A stretch of DNA of 64,000 nt from Bdellovibrionales bacterium (GCA_031429075.1 JANOYW010000025.1:325-64324), one strand, 5' to 3'. Shown: positions 34,573 to 44,761, numbered from the stretch's first letter. Numbers and translations: made by a program. The notes: generated by a model not told the origin, from the letters alone.

Positions 34573-35583
34573 ATGGCAAAAAAATCTATAGCGAAAAAAT
34601 CTACAGCCAAGAAAGTGTCTGTAAAGAAGCCGACGAAAAAACCGCAAACTTTGGCGGTGAGCAAACAAAAAACAGGTCGCCAAGCTGTTTCGGTGGCGGC
34701 CGAGATTGTCGAGCCAACAATCACCTCCTACAAAAATTCTTCGGCGGCCCTCACGCCTGTTGGCGATACTCTTTCTGCTTATCTGGCCAACGTGAATAAA
34801 TATCCCCTGCTCACCCGCGAACAGGAAAGCGTTATCGCTCTTCGCTATTTTAATGATCACAACCCCAAAGATGCCGAAATTTTAGTGACATCCAATTTGC
34901 GCTTTGTGGTGAAAGTGGCGGCTGAATATTCAAAGTTTGGAAATAAACTCATCGATATCATTCAAGAAGGAAACGTAGGCCTCATGCATGCCGTGAAGGA
35001 GTTCAATCCCTACAAAGGGGTTCGCCTCATTAGCTATGCGGTTTGGTGGATTCGCGGTTATATTCAAGAATATTTGATGCGCCAGCACTCCATGGTACGA
35101 ATTGGGACCACACAAAACCAACGCAAACTTTTTTACCATCTCAAAAAAGAAAAGGACCACTTGGATCTGCTGGGTCAAGAGCCCACCGTAAAATTACTGA
35201 GTGCGAAGCTAGGTATTCCCGAAGATGAAATTCGCATCATGGAAGAGCGCATGTCGGGACGAGACATCAGCTTAGATGCTCCACTTTCCGACGAAGGCTC
35301 CGGTGTACGTTTGGACATGGAAGCCTCCAGCGACGAATCTGTGGACGATCAACTGGCCCGCAAAGAAGCCCTCATGTTGCTGGAAGAAAAAATCGGCCAG
35401 TTGCGACCCAAGCTGAACGAAAAAGAACTCCATATCCTCGAAAAACGCCTGCTCGCCGACGACCCGGTGACCCTGCAAGACATCGGCACCGAGTGGGGCG
35501 TGACCCGCGAGGCCGTCCGTCAGATGGAAGCTCGCGTGATGAAAAAAATTAAAGACGAAATGCTCGAAACCGACGCAGAGTGA
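34573..35583 (+). CDS. RpoH-like (sigma-32 group) RNA polymerase sigma factor with a lysine-rich N-terminal extension
   Basis: 336 aa. Region 2 (NLRFVVKVAAEY...IQEGNVGLMHAVKEFNPYKGVRLISYAVWWIRGYI), an RpoH-box-like segment QRKLFYHLKK, and region 4 (LQDIGTEWGVTREAVRQMEARVMKKI). The N-terminus reads MAKKSIAKKSTAKKVSVKKPTKKPQ. Confidence 0.8.
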   Translation: MAKKSIAKKSTAKKVSVKKPTKKPQTLAVSKQKTGRQAVSVAAEIVEPTITSYKNSSAALTPVGDTLSAYLANVNKYPLLTREQESVIALRYFNDHNPKDAEILVTSNLRFVVKVAAEYSKFGNKLIDIIQEGNVGLMHAVKEFNPYKGVRLISYAVWWIRGYIQEYLMRQHSMVRIGTTQNQRKLFYHLKKEKDHLDLLGQEPTVKLLSAKLGIPEDEIRIMEERMSGRDISLDAPLSDEGSGVRLDMEASSDESVDDQLARKEALMLLEEKIGQLRPKLNEKELHILEKRLLADDPVTLQDIGTEWGVTREAVRQMEARVMKKIKDEMLETDAE

Positions 35584-35641
35584 TTTGAAAAAAACCAAAT
35601 TCAGGCAATGATGATTCATCTCAAAACTATAAGGGGGAGAT

Positions 35642-36112
35642 ATGAAACTTCTAAGTCTTTTTATGTGTATTTTGTCGCTCAGTTCTTTTGCAAACGCGTG
35701 CCCCGATATTTCGGGCAAATTTCAAGGCAGCTGCACCGAAACTTTTATCACCCACCCAGAGGCTAACAAAAATCCAGAGCTTCTCTTTTCCATCACGCAA
35801 ACCCAGTGCAATGTTGTGGAAGTCACTATGACCCACGTCAGTAGCGGAGCAGAAGTTACAGACACCTTCGATGTGACAGTGGATAAAATGAAAATGATCG
35901 AAACGGATAAGATGACGCTTTATTCGAGCGCTATGTATACTGAGGACGCACTTCTAGGGTCGATCCAGTATATCTCTAAAGCGACAGGCATCAGTGTTAT
36001 GTACTTTAGCAATCGCTACAGCAAGGTCGACGTCGCTGGTGTTCCCCACCTTGTTTTTTCACAAGCGTCGACAAACTATCTACTCGAATGCAAAATTCCA
36101 GCCGTTAATTAA
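35642..36112 (+). CDS. Exported hypothetical protein
   Basis: 156 aa with GGGGGAGA upstream and signal peptide MKLLSLFMCILSLSSFANA. Confidence 0.5.
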   Translation: MKLLSLFMCILSLSSFANACPDISGKFQGSCTETFITHPEANKNPELLFSITQTQCNVVEVTMTHVSSGAEVTDTFDVTVDKMKMIETDKMTLYSSAMYTEDALLGSIQYISKATGISVMYFSNRYSKVDVAGVPHLVFSQASTNYLLECKIPAVN

Positions 36113-36132
36113 CTATGAATGGATCCATCAGT

Positions 36133-36157
36133 TTTCACTGCCGCTACGGCAGTGAAA
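36133..36157. terminator. Perfect 11-bp stem hairpin between convergent genes (no adjoining T-tract)
   Basis: TTTCACTGCCGctaCGGCAGTGAAA, located 21 nt after the stop codon at 36112. Confidence 0.4.
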
Positions 36158-36302
36158 TACGCTCTTCAGATCCAAGATGGCGTTAAATAATGGCTTATTC
36201 TTTCTACGAAATTTTCGGGACGCATTTTCGGAGTTATTTCCGAGAACTGAAAGGCTATAATGCCTTTCAGTTCATAAATGCAAACTGTACATCTAACCAG
36301 AG

Positions 36303-36794
36303 CTACAAGTCAGGAACTTCGGGACATGAACTGTCTTTTGGCTCTAAAGCCTTCTTTCCTGATATAAAATCATAAGTTTCACACCATACTCTTAAGTTTC
36401 CATGCCCCGGAAAAGCCACTGCAAAACGTACTTTAATTGCGATTTTGTCGTCGCTAACAATCGAGGCTAGGTTGTAATAATTAAATCCGTCTGGATATGT
36501 CTCAGCTCCGATACAATCCTTTGCAGTAAGTTTTCGCCCAACTGTCATTTGTTTTCGAATATTCATATTTATTCTATTTTGCGCGTTAACATTGGGAAGA
36601 TCCTGAATAGCGAAATACTTTCGTTCGGAGTGACAGTTTTTTCCAAATGAAGACTTCTCCTCAAGTTTTTCAATCCAGCCGCCAGCTTTCAAGATTCTAT
36701 CTGAGGAGGCTTTTTCTCGAGCGTTGGTTGCTATAGAAATACTAGCAATCACGAATATAAAAATGGTTTTTCTGAACTTTAGCGTTGTTCCCAT
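36303..36794 (-). CDS. Exported hypothetical protein
   Basis: 163 aa with a signal-like N-terminus (IFIFVIASISIATNA). No family recognised. Confidence 0.5.
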   Translation of the reverse strand: MGTTLKFRKTIFIFVIASISIATNAREKASSDRILKAGGWIEKLEEKSSFGKNCHSERKYFAIQDLPNVNAQNRINMNIRKQMTVGRKLTAKDCIGAETYPDGFNYYNLASIVSDDKIAIKVRFAVAFPGHGNLRVWCETYDFISGKKALEPKDSSCPEVPDL

Positions 36795-36978
36795 TGAAAA
36801 ATGCTATCTTCTAAATCCTATTTGTTCAAAATTTTAAGGTTTGCGACGCGGCAAGTGCCTCAAAAGCGCTAAAGATATGACCAGACCCAACCTGAAATAA
36901 CCACGCCCATCAAGACATCGCCTGCCTATGAAATAAATGCCAATATTTTGAGTTCAATCGCTCGGCAGCGAGCTTTGA

Positions 36979-37479
36979 TCAGTGGAGGACCATTTCGTTG
37001 CCGTTTTCGATTTTGCGTTGGCGGGTGTGGTTGGTTTCCACGTAGAAAAGATCGTCGTCGGGATTTGGATATAATGCCGTTAGTACAAATCCCTTTAACA
37101 GATAGGAATAAAGCAATCCGTAGATTGCGAGGCTGGCGTTGGCGGCCATTTTATCTGGAGCTCCTGAAAGCGCACTGATAATTCCGATGCACATAAGCAG
37201 CCAGCCTGAAATGCCGAAAACGCGATCCCATTGACTGATTAAATGCATTTTGAAGTCGTTATCTGTAGACAAAAAGCGAAAGCCCGCAAACCCAAACTTC
37301 ATAAAAATCAAACTCACACTGAGGGCCATCATGTAGCCAAAATATTCAGCTGCAACGATGGGATCGATCTCGATGTACATCGAAACAAGATAACCAACGA
37401 CACCTGCTGCGAGAGCAAAGCCTACGAAAAAACGAATCACGGTGGAGCCTCCAGGAATAACGTCTCTCATTCTTGCCAT
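36979..37479 (-). CDS. Four-helix membrane protein translationally coupled to fliA
   Basis: 166 aa. Its ATG shares 1 nt with the fliA TAA stop (TAATG at 37477-37481). About four hydrophobic helices. No family recognised. Confidence 0.55.
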   Translation of the reverse strand: MARMRDVIPGGSTVIRFFVGFALAAGVVGYLVSMYIEIDPIVAAEYFGYMMALSVSLIFMKFGFAGFRFLSTDNDFKMHLISQWDRVFGISGWLLMCIGIISALSGAPDKMAANASLAIYGLLYSYLLKGFVLTALYPNPDDDLFYVETNHTRQRKIENGNEMVLH

Positions 37480-38264
37480 TACGAAGCCTCCAAGTCACGG
37501 TTTTGAAATGCATTGTTTAACTTAGCGCGTAGGCGAACAATGGCCTGTGCATGGAGTTGCGAAACCCGACTCTCTGTCACGCGAAGCACTCGGCCAATCT
37601 CTTTGAGGTTGAGATCTTCGTAGTAATAGAGCGAGAGCACTAATCTTTGGCGCTCCGGTAACTCCTCAATCGCTTTAGTAATAATGTCTTTTAAAAATTT
37701 AACATCGAGCTGGTTTTGCGGATTATTAAACTTACAGCCATCTAAAATATGTAATATCGATTTTTTATCAACGCTACTAAACGTGGGCGCTTCGTCGATG
37801 GAAACCACACTCACCGGGCGCACTTCGTTGACTAGTTCATGCAGGTCGTCGACGCTGATTTTTAGGTGCACGGCGATCTCTTCATCTTTTGGTGTGCGAC
37901 CAAGGGAAATTTCTAATTCCATCACAGCGCGATCGAGCATCTTTGATTTGTCGCGAACCGAACGCGGCACCCAATCCTGTGCACGCAATTCATCCAAAAT
38001 GGCTCCGCGAATTCGAAACTCCGCGTAGGTTTTAAATTTATTGTCGCGAGTGGGATCGTATTTATCGATGGCATCCATCAAACCGATCACACCACTGGAG
38101 ATCAGATCATCCAACTCGATGTTGGAGGGCAACCGAGCGGCAATTTTTTGTGCAACGAATTTGATCAACGGAGCGTATTCAACGATCAGTTTATCTTTTT
38201 CCTTGGGTGAAATTTTGTTGCCTTCTTCTTTGTACTTTTTTAACAACGGATTAGACATGTTCAC
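37479..38264 (-). CDS. fliA: Flagellar sigma factor sigma-28
   Basis: 261 aa. Region 2 (LISSGVIGLMDAIDKYDPTRDNKFKTYAEFRIRGAILDELR) and region 4 (YYEDLNLKEIGRVLRVTESRVSQLHAQAIVRLR) are present. It sits at the end of the flagellar export operon. Confidence 0.9.
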   Translation of the reverse strand: MNMSNPLLKKYKEEGNKISPKEKDKLIVEYAPLIKFVAQKIAARLPSNIELDDLISSGVIGLMDAIDKYDPTRDNKFKTYAEFRIRGAILDELRAQDWVPRSVRDKSKMLDRAVMELEISLGRTPKDEEIAVHLKISVDDLHELVNEVRPVSVVSIDEAPTFSSVDKKSILHILDGCKFNNPQNQLDVKFLKDIITKAIEELPERQRLVLSLYYYEDLNLKEIGRVLRVTESRVSQLHAQAIVRLRAKLNNAFQNRDLEAS

Positions 38265-38332
38265 CTTTACCAGTCACCTTTGATGTTTCCTTATTCTACC
38301 AAATTTATTGCATTTGAGAAGTTGGACTCGAC

Positions 38333-39145
38333 TCAAGCAATATCCAAGACCTGATTCCAAAAAAACTGCATTCCACCCTGAATTTCCCTGGTGCTCGAAG
38401 ATTTCTCAATTGTACTCGCTATTTGCTTCAGACACAGACTCGACGAAGAGGTAGGCGCCATTGTCGTAATAAGCTCCTGCTGGTGCGTGGCCTGTCTCAT
38501 TTTGAGATCAAAGGGGATAAAACCACCATAGTGCAGGGACATATTCAAAAACTTAGCGGCTACCGAGTTGATGCGATTGTACAGATGCAAGCCCTCTTTT
38601 TCGTTGAGGACCAAGTTGCTAATCACCGTGATATTTTTTGTGCGATAGCGCTGGTTGAGCAATTTAATCAGCGCATACGAGTCTGTTAAACTCGAAGGGT
38701 CTGGTTGTACCACCACAAACACGTCTTGTGCGGCACTGCTCAGATAAAGCACATCATCAGAGATTCCAGAGGCCGTATCGATGAGCAAGTAATCGTAGTC
38801 TTCCTCGAGCTGGCTCACACCGTCCAAGATCATCTTTTTTTGAAAGGCATCCAACTGAGTCATTTCGAAAATCCCGCTGGCGCCTGGCAAAATATGAATA
38901 TTGCGCGATTGCTTCACGATGACTTCTGACATTGTCGAATCACCTTTTAAAAAATCGCTGACTGAAAATTTGGCCGAGCTTTTTAAAAAGATATCCACAT
39001 TGGCCAGGCTCATATCCCCATCCAGGATCAAAACTTTTTTGCCCATGGCTGCCAAACAGTTTGCAAGATTCACCGTGATTGTGGTTTTTCCGACTCCACC
39101 TTTACCTGATGTCACGCTGATCGTGCGAATTGATTTTTCCTTCAT
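38333..39145 (-). CDS. flhG: MinD/ParA-type flagellar number regulator ATPase
   Basis: 270 aa with deviant Walker A SGKGGVGKTT. Its start overlaps the flhF stop (ATGA). Confidence 0.85.
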   Translation of the reverse strand: MKEKSIRTISVTSGKGGVGKTTITVNLANCLAAMGKKVLILDGDMSLANVDIFLKSSAKFSVSDFLKGDSTMSEVIVKQSRNIHILPGASGIFEMTQLDAFQKKMILDGVSQLEEDYDYLLIDTASGISDDVLYLSSAAQDVFVVVQPDPSSLTDSYALIKLLNQRYRTKNITVISNLVLNEKEGLHLYNRINSVAAKFLNMSLHYGGFIPFDLKMRQATHQQELITTMAPTSSSSLCLKQIASTIEKSSSTREIQGGMQFFWNQVLDIA

Positions 39146-40527
39146 GTATCACCCTTTGCTTTTGATAGTTTAAAAATGCAGTCTAAGACGCGTTCGCGAG
39201 AGGACCATTCAAAATCTTCGGGGATCATTGGCCCCAGGCCAAACGCGAAGTACGGAGCGGCGATTTGCTTTTGCAAATTCACCAGCACTCCATGTTTTCT
39301 GAGTTGATCGATATTGGTCATAATAAAATCATGAAACTGCACCGAGCGAAAACGTCGGGCGTAGGAAAACATCTCTTCGTCTTTCATCATGGCCGAAAGC
39401 ACCAAGTGAATGCGAATGTTTCCTAGCTCGTAAGGAATGTGCGCCTTCAAATGATCAATCTCGTTCATCTGCACCAGTGACTGCCCCTCAGTGTCGATAA
39501 GGACGTAGTCCACTTTTTCCATGTAACGCAGATATTGATTGATATCTTCGCCCTTTTTCCAAATTGCGAAGGGCACGTTTAAAATTTGTGCGTAGATGCG
39601 CAGTTGCTCCACCGCACCCACTTTGTTGTTGTCGGCCGAAATAATACCAATTCGCTTTTTTTCTTTTAATACCAGATGACTCGCCATCTTCACCAAAGTT
39701 GATGTTTTGCCAACACCTCGGGGGCCAACGAAAACATGATACCTCGACTGGAGCTTTTCTTTTACGATGTCCACCGTGGAGTACATCCACTTGGCCACCC
39801 ACGCTTCGAGGAGACCCTTTTTCTTTACGTTTTCTTTAAGTTGGAGATGGGCGTTTTTCATTAATTCGACAACGAGTTTCTCGTCGATGCCTTCACCCAC
39901 CAGTCTTTCGAACATAGCGCTGGTGTCTTGCGAAATTCCGTGGCGAGCCCCAGGGTACATAGCTTGTGTATTGCTAGCTACCGCTTTCGGTTGAGACCCA
40001 ATGTTTTGCAACATTCCCTGCAAACGTTTGATTTCATTTTTCAGCTCGTCGATCTTGCTCACATCAAACTTAGGAGCTGGCGCTGTAACGGCCGTTGTCT
40101 GCACCTGTTTGGGTTTTGACTGCAAAATCGTGTTTCGCAGTTTCGGTTTGATCACTTCGAAGCGCTCTTCTTCAAAATCCTCTTCTGGGATGGAAGCATA
40201 ATTTCGCTCTTCGAGAACACGGCGCTTTTCGGTGATTTTGTCGTTAAGGGTCGAATAGGCTTGGTTAATAAATTGTCTTTGCACGCGCGCTGATTTTTGT
40301 GACAGTCGGGTTAAATCTTTTTGCGATAGGTTTTGCTCCACAGTGCGCTTTCGATTGAGCGTATCCTCTGCAACCGCCGCCGTTATCAGTACTTTGCGGG
40401 GAGAGTTGGCTCCCATGTGTTTTTGGGTCTCTTTGGTGGATAAAATAATGGCATCAGGACCCAGGTCCTTTTTGACCATATCCACGGCCTCTTTAATTGT
40501 TGTGGCCTCGTATTTTCTAACCTGCAT
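39142..40527 (-). CDS. flhF: SRP-type GTPase flagellar biosynthesis protein
   Basis: 461 aa. N-terminus MQVRKYEATTIKEAVDMVKKDLGPDAIILS, and a G-domain with GPRGVGKTST and DTEG. Confidence 0.85.
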   Translation of the reverse strand: MQVRKYEATTIKEAVDMVKKDLGPDAIILSTKETQKHMGANSPRKVLITAAVAEDTLNRKRTVEQNLSQKDLTRLSQKSARVQRQFINQAYSTLNDKITEKRRVLEERNYASIPEEDFEEERFEVIKPKLRNTILQSKPKQVQTTAVTAPAPKFDVSKIDELKNEIKRLQGMLQNIGSQPKAVASNTQAMYPGARHGISQDTSAMFERLVGEGIDEKLVVELMKNAHLQLKENVKKKGLLEAWVAKWMYSTVDIVKEKLQSRYHVFVGPRGVGKTSTLVKMASHLVLKEKKRIGIISADNNKVGAVEQLRIYAQILNVPFAIWKKGEDINQYLRYMEKVDYVLIDTEGQSLVQMNEIDHLKAHIPYELGNIRIHLVLSAMMKDEEMFSYARRFRSVQFHDFIMTNIDQLRKHGVLVNLQKQIAAPYFAFGLGPMIPEDFEWSSRERVLDCIFKLSKAKGDT

Positions 40528-42613
40528 ATGGAACCTCCACGACCCCTACTGAAGACACTTGCGCCTGAGTCGAAATTTCTCCATGAGAAAGTACAACCAA
40601 CTGCGGAATAAACTTATGCGTGATTCTAAAAACATGACGACGAACGGTTGGACTGGTTAACAAGATCGGCTGACTGGCCACTTCGGGATGCTCTTCGATC
40701 ATATCGGCGATTTGCAGAACGATTTTTTGCATTCTCTGCGCATCCATGGCCAATTGAATGCCCTGCTCTGTTTGTATCAGCGATTGAATAATTTCTTCTT
40801 CGATATTCGAACTTAAAGTCATCACTTGAATCACTCCACCATCATCCATGTATTTTGCTGTGATTCCACGAGCCAGACGCTTGCGCACCGACTCTGTGAG
40901 CTGCTCCACATCTTTCGTACGTGAGGCTTCGTCGGCCAAGGCTTCAAAAATGGTTAACATATCGCGAATGGAAATTTGTTCTTTAAGCAAGCCTTGTAAA
41001 ATCCGCACAACGCTACCCAGGGGAAGAAGATCAGGGATAAGATCTTCCACAACTTTTGGATACGCTTTTTTAAAGTTTTCGATAAGACTACTCGCCTCTT
41101 GGCGACCAAACAGTTCATAGGCATGGGAGCGCAAGATTTCAGTGATATGCGTGGCCATAACTGTTGGCAGATCCACAACCGTGTAACCATAAAGCTCGGC
41201 TTCTTCTTTTTGCGACTTGGTAATCCACAATGCATCCAAACCAAATGCAGGCTCTTTCGTTTTAGCGCCTTCCATTTTTCGGCTCACGCCGCCTGGATCC
41301 ATGGCCAAGAAACACTCAGCTTTGAGATCGCCCTGCGCCACTTTGTTACCTTTAATTAAAATTCGATACTCCCCAGGTTTTAACTGCAAGTTGTCGCGAA
41401 TGTGCACCGGAGGAATTATAACTCCCAGATCCATGGCGAATTGTTTGCGGATACTCACGATACGTTCGAGCAAATCACCGCTCTCGTGGGACTCAACAAC
41501 ATTGATAAGCCCGTAACCCACTTCCACTTCCACCAGATCCAGCGGAAGAAGATTTTCGATGCTTTCAGGCTTTGGTCTTTGCAAGTCATCGATGCGTTTT
41601 TGATTTTCTTTTTCGTCTTTGTTTTTTTGATTGGTTTGCGTCACGAAGCCGATACCACCCAACAAAAATGCGACTGTTAAAAATGGCACCATTGGCAGCC
41701 CGGGGATTAAACCCATGGAGCCCACAATCCCGGCCGCTGCCATTACCGCGCGCGGATTAAAAAACAATTGAGCAGCGATGTCTTGACCGATACTGGATTT
41801 AGAACTGTTTTTCGTTACGATCGTACCAGCGGCTGTGGAAATGATAAGTGCTGGCAATTGGCTCACTAAGCCGTCACCGATCGTAAGCTGAGTGTAAAAA
41901 TCAGCAGCGGTGGCGAGATCCAACCCTTTTTGCAAAACGCCGATGGCTAAACCACCGATGATGTTGATTAACATAATAAAGATACCCGCAACGGCATCAC
42001 CACGCACGAATTTGGAGGCACCATCCATGGCTCCGTAAAAGTCGGCTTCGGCTTCGATTCGTTTACGGCGGGTTCGCGCCTGCTCTTCGTTAATCAGGCC
42101 GGCATTGAGGTCCGCATCAATGGACATTTGTTTTCCAGGTAACGCATCTAAGGTGAAGCGCGCCGCAACTTCTGCAATTCGACCAGAACCTTTGGTGATC
42201 ACCACAAAGTTGATCACCACGAGAATAATAAAGACCACAAGACCGATGGCGTAGTTGTTACCCACCACAATACTGGCAAACGCATGAATCACTTGTCCTG
42301 CCGCCGCATGCCCGTTATGGCCTTCGGTTAAAATCAAACGTGTAGATGCCACGTTTAAGGCCAAGCGAAATAACGTCGAAATTAAAAGCAACGACGGAAA
42401 TACGCTAAAATCGAGGACTTGGTTGGTGTAGAGAGCCACTAAGAGAATCAACAAACTAAAGGTGATCGAAAGCGTTAACGCCATGTCGAGCAGAATCGAT
42501 GGAAGTGGAATCATCATCACAACCAAAATACCGATCAGTGCAATTGCGACCAAAAGATCCATGTTTTTGGTATATTTTTCGAATCGATTTAGAAAGTTTA
42601 GTATTTGTTCCAT
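40517..42613 (-). CDS. flhA: Flagellar type III export gate protein
   Basis: 698 aa. Conserved FlhA segments are present (FPSLLLISTLFRLALNVASTRLIL, GAMDGASKFVRGDA). Confidence 0.95.
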   Translation of the reverse strand: MEQILNFLNRFEKYTKNMDLLVAIALIGILVVMMIPLPSILLDMALTLSITFSLLILLVALYTNQVLDFSVFPSLLLISTLFRLALNVASTRLILTEGHNGHAAAGQVIHAFASIVVGNNYAIGLVVFIILVVINFVVITKGSGRIAEVAARFTLDALPGKQMSIDADLNAGLINEEQARTRRKRIEAEADFYGAMDGASKFVRGDAVAGIFIMLINIIGGLAIGVLQKGLDLATAADFYTQLTIGDGLVSQLPALIISTAAGTIVTKNSSKSSIGQDIAAQLFFNPRAVMAAAGIVGSMGLIPGLPMVPFLTVAFLLGGIGFVTQTNQKNKDEKENQKRIDDLQRPKPESIENLLPLDLVEVEVGYGLINVVESHESGDLLERIVSIRKQFAMDLGVIIPPVHIRDNLQLKPGEYRILIKGNKVAQGDLKAECFLAMDPGGVSRKMEGAKTKEPAFGLDALWITKSQKEEAELYGYTVVDLPTVMATHITEILRSHAYELFGRQEASSLIENFKKAYPKVVEDLIPDLLPLGSVVRILQGLLKEQISIRDMLTIFEALADEASRTKDVEQLTESVRKRLARGITAKYMDDGGVIQVMTLSSNIEEEIIQSLIQTEQGIQLAMDAQRMQKIVLQIADMIEEHPEVASQPILLTSPTVRRHVFRITHKFIPQLVVLSHGEISTQAQVSSVGVVEVPYAG

Positions 42614-42614
42614 A

Positions 42615-43688
42615 TTATCTCAACAGCCTCTTTCTTTTCATGCGAAAGACGTAAGCTAAAATTTCGGCCACGGCCGCAAACAGTTCGCGCGGTATCACTT
42701 GTCCAACCTCGACGGTTTTAAACATTGTTCGCGCTAAAGGTTTGTTTTCCACGATGGGAATATTGTGTTGCATAGCCATTTCGCGAATGCGCGTGGCTAC
42801 ATAATCTTGCCCCTTAGCTAGCATGATGGGTGCCGCAAATTTTTCGGGCGCATATTTTAAAGCAATGGCAATGTGAGTTGGGTTTGTGATAATCACGTCG
42901 GCCTTAGGCACATCAGACATCATTCGGCGCTGGGAAACTTCTTTTTGAATTTTACGAATTCGCGCTTTGATGAGTGGGTCCCCTTCTCGGGTTTTCATCT
43001 CGTCGCGGATTTCTTGTTTTGTCATTTTCATTTGTTCTTCAAGCTGGTAGCGCTGAACAAAATAATCAGACACAGCAATTAAGGTAAGAATAATTCCAAC
43101 ACCAATCATGATATCAAAAATCTTCTGACCCGAAAAAATAAGAATCTCTCCCGGAGCTAAGTACACGAGCCGGGGTATAACATCGACTGTCCCTTTTAGT
43201 ACATGGTAAGCGGCGTAGGAAATCACCGCGAGCTTCAACATTGACTTTGCACCCTCGATGAGAGAACGCCAGGAGAACAAACGCTTTAAGCCTTCGAGCG
43301 GATTTATTTTTTCGAAGTTGGGTGAAATGGCGTCTTCGCTCACTAAAAAACCAACTTGCAACACACTGGACGCAATTGAAAATACAAAACACAGAGCAAA
43401 GATCGGCCCCAGAACAAAAAAGGTCGAGATTCCCAAGTGCCTGAACATGGCAAACATAGAGTCTTTGCTCATCTCGCCAGGAGTGATGTAATCATAAACA
43501 GATTTGTAAGATCCCATCATTTGCTGCATAAAAAACGAGCCCAGAAGAGCGAAGGCCAGGGCGAATCCCAAAAGCGAAAGCACCGGCGCAAGCTCGCGCG
43601 TTTGCGCAATTTGGCCACGACGACGAAAATCATCTCGTCTCTGCTGCGTGGCCTCTTCGGTACGTTCCTGCTCGCTATAATCTGCCAT
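42615..43688 (-). CDS. flhB: Flagellar export switch protein
   Basis: 357 aa. N-terminus EQERTEEATQQRRDDFRRRGQIAQTREL and the autocleavage site NPTH (VIITNPTHIAIAL). Confidence 0.95.
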   Translation of the reverse strand: MADYSEQERTEEATQQRRDDFRRRGQIAQTRELAPVLSLLGFALAFALLGSFFMQQMMGSYKSVYDYITPGEMSKDSMFAMFRHLGISTFFVLGPIFALCFVFSIASSVLQVGFLVSEDAISPNFEKINPLEGLKRLFSWRSLIEGAKSMLKLAVISYAAYHVLKGTVDVIPRLVYLAPGEILIFSGQKIFDIMIGVGIILTLIAVSDYFVQRYQLEEQMKMTKQEIRDEMKTREGDPLIKARIRKIQKEVSQRRMMSDVPKADVIITNPTHIAIALKYAPEKFAAPIMLAKGQDYVATRIREMAMQHNIPIVENKPLARTMFKTVEVGQVIPRELFAAVAEILAYVFRMKRKRLLR

Positions 43689-43694
43689 ACATCC

Positions 43695-44471
43695 TTATAC
43701 GGTTTTCAGAAAACTAAAAAACTGATCCACAAAAATTCCCAGACTCACTCCCAACTGATCCACCAAAAACGGCATGGACAAAATCAGCACGGCAATTCCC
43801 GCCAGCGCATTGATCGGCATGCTCGTAACCAAGACGTTAATCTGAGGTACTGCCCGGCCAACAATTGCCAATGAAATGTTAATGAGCAAGATTGAGACCA
43901 ACACGGGTGAGGCTAGCTGAAACCCCAAAACAATCACGTCTTTGCCAATTAAACTGATTTGAGCAAAAGACTTTCCATCTAAAGTCCAGCTGTAGATCGG
44001 CGCAACGTCATAACTCTGCACCAGTCCAGTCAAAAACATATGATGACCATCTACCAGTAAAAAGAACAAAGTCGCGAGCCCGTAGTAAAGCGTATCAACG
44101 GGGGTAGCAGACATTTGAAATGTGGGATTGAACAATTGTGCGGACGAAATCCCGAGAGACGTGGAGACCAAATCTGCCATCATCTGGATCATGTAAAAAA
44201 ACATGTAGGACACTTGCGCCAGGGCCAAGCCGATAAAGACTTCTTTGCCAACATAAAACATCAACTGCGAGTACGACGTAAACACGTGCTTAAAGTCGCC
44301 CTTAAGAATTGGGTACAAGGAAATAGAAATTAAAAACGACAGCAGCACCTTTAGCGGCGCTGGGACGTTAAGGCCGCCAAACACGGGCCATGTGACTAAG
44401 AAGGCACTCATTCTTGCCAAGATCAAAATAAACGCAAAGGCTTCAATTTCAAACAGGTTGAGAACGTTCAA
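43695..44471 (-). CDS. fliR: Flagellar export apparatus protein
   Basis: 258 aa, polytopic membrane protein. The position between fliQ and flhB and the N-terminal pattern (FAFILILARMSAFLVTWPVFG) support the call. Confidence 0.9.
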   Translation of the reverse strand: MNVLNLFEIEAFAFILILARMSAFLVTWPVFGGLNVPAPLKVLLSFLISISLYPILKGDFKHVFTSYSQLMFYVGKEVFIGLALAQVSYMFFYMIQMMADLVSTSLGISSAQLFNPTFQMSATPVDTLYYGLATLFFLLVDGHHMFLTGLVQSYDVAPIYSWTLDGKSFAQISLIGKDVIVLGFQLASPVLVSILLINISLAIVGRAVPQINVLVTSMPINALAGIAVLILSMPFLVDQLGVSLGIFVDQFFSFLKTV

Positions 44472-44482
44472 ACAAAACCTCG

Positions 44483-44758
44483 CTACTGAGTTCGGACGAT
44501 GTCGCCAACGCTTTCAAAAATCTCGATGGTAAACCCCTTGAGAGTGTCCAACATCCAAGGTCCAGCGAGGATAATAATCAAAGTGACAACGATCATTTTA
44601 GGAATAAATGTGAGCGTGGCTTCGTTGATCTGGGTGATGGCCTGAAACACGCTCACCAAAATCCCGATAACCAACGCGCCAAGCAACATAGGTGACGACA
44701 CCAGCGCGATGGTTTTTAAGGTACTCGTGCTTAGATTAATAATCATATCTTCATTCAT
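44483..44758 (-). CDS. fliQ: Flagellar export apparatus protein
   Basis: 91 aa with two TM helices and the conserved segment QAITQINEATLTFIPK. Confidence 0.9.
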   Translation of the reverse strand: MNEDMIINLSTSTLKTIALVSSPMLLGALVIGILVSVFQAITQINEATLTFIPKMIVVTLIIILAGPWMLDTLKGFTIEIFESVGDIVRTQ

Positions 44759-44761
44759 GCA

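Noticed and set aside
35272-35718. 148-aa ORF antisense to the 3' half of the RpoH-like gene, and 36190..36375(+).
   Set aside because: The first is a shadow of a well-supported sigma gene. The second has no SD, an implausible composition, and overlaps the 3' end of the convergent 36303..36794 gene.
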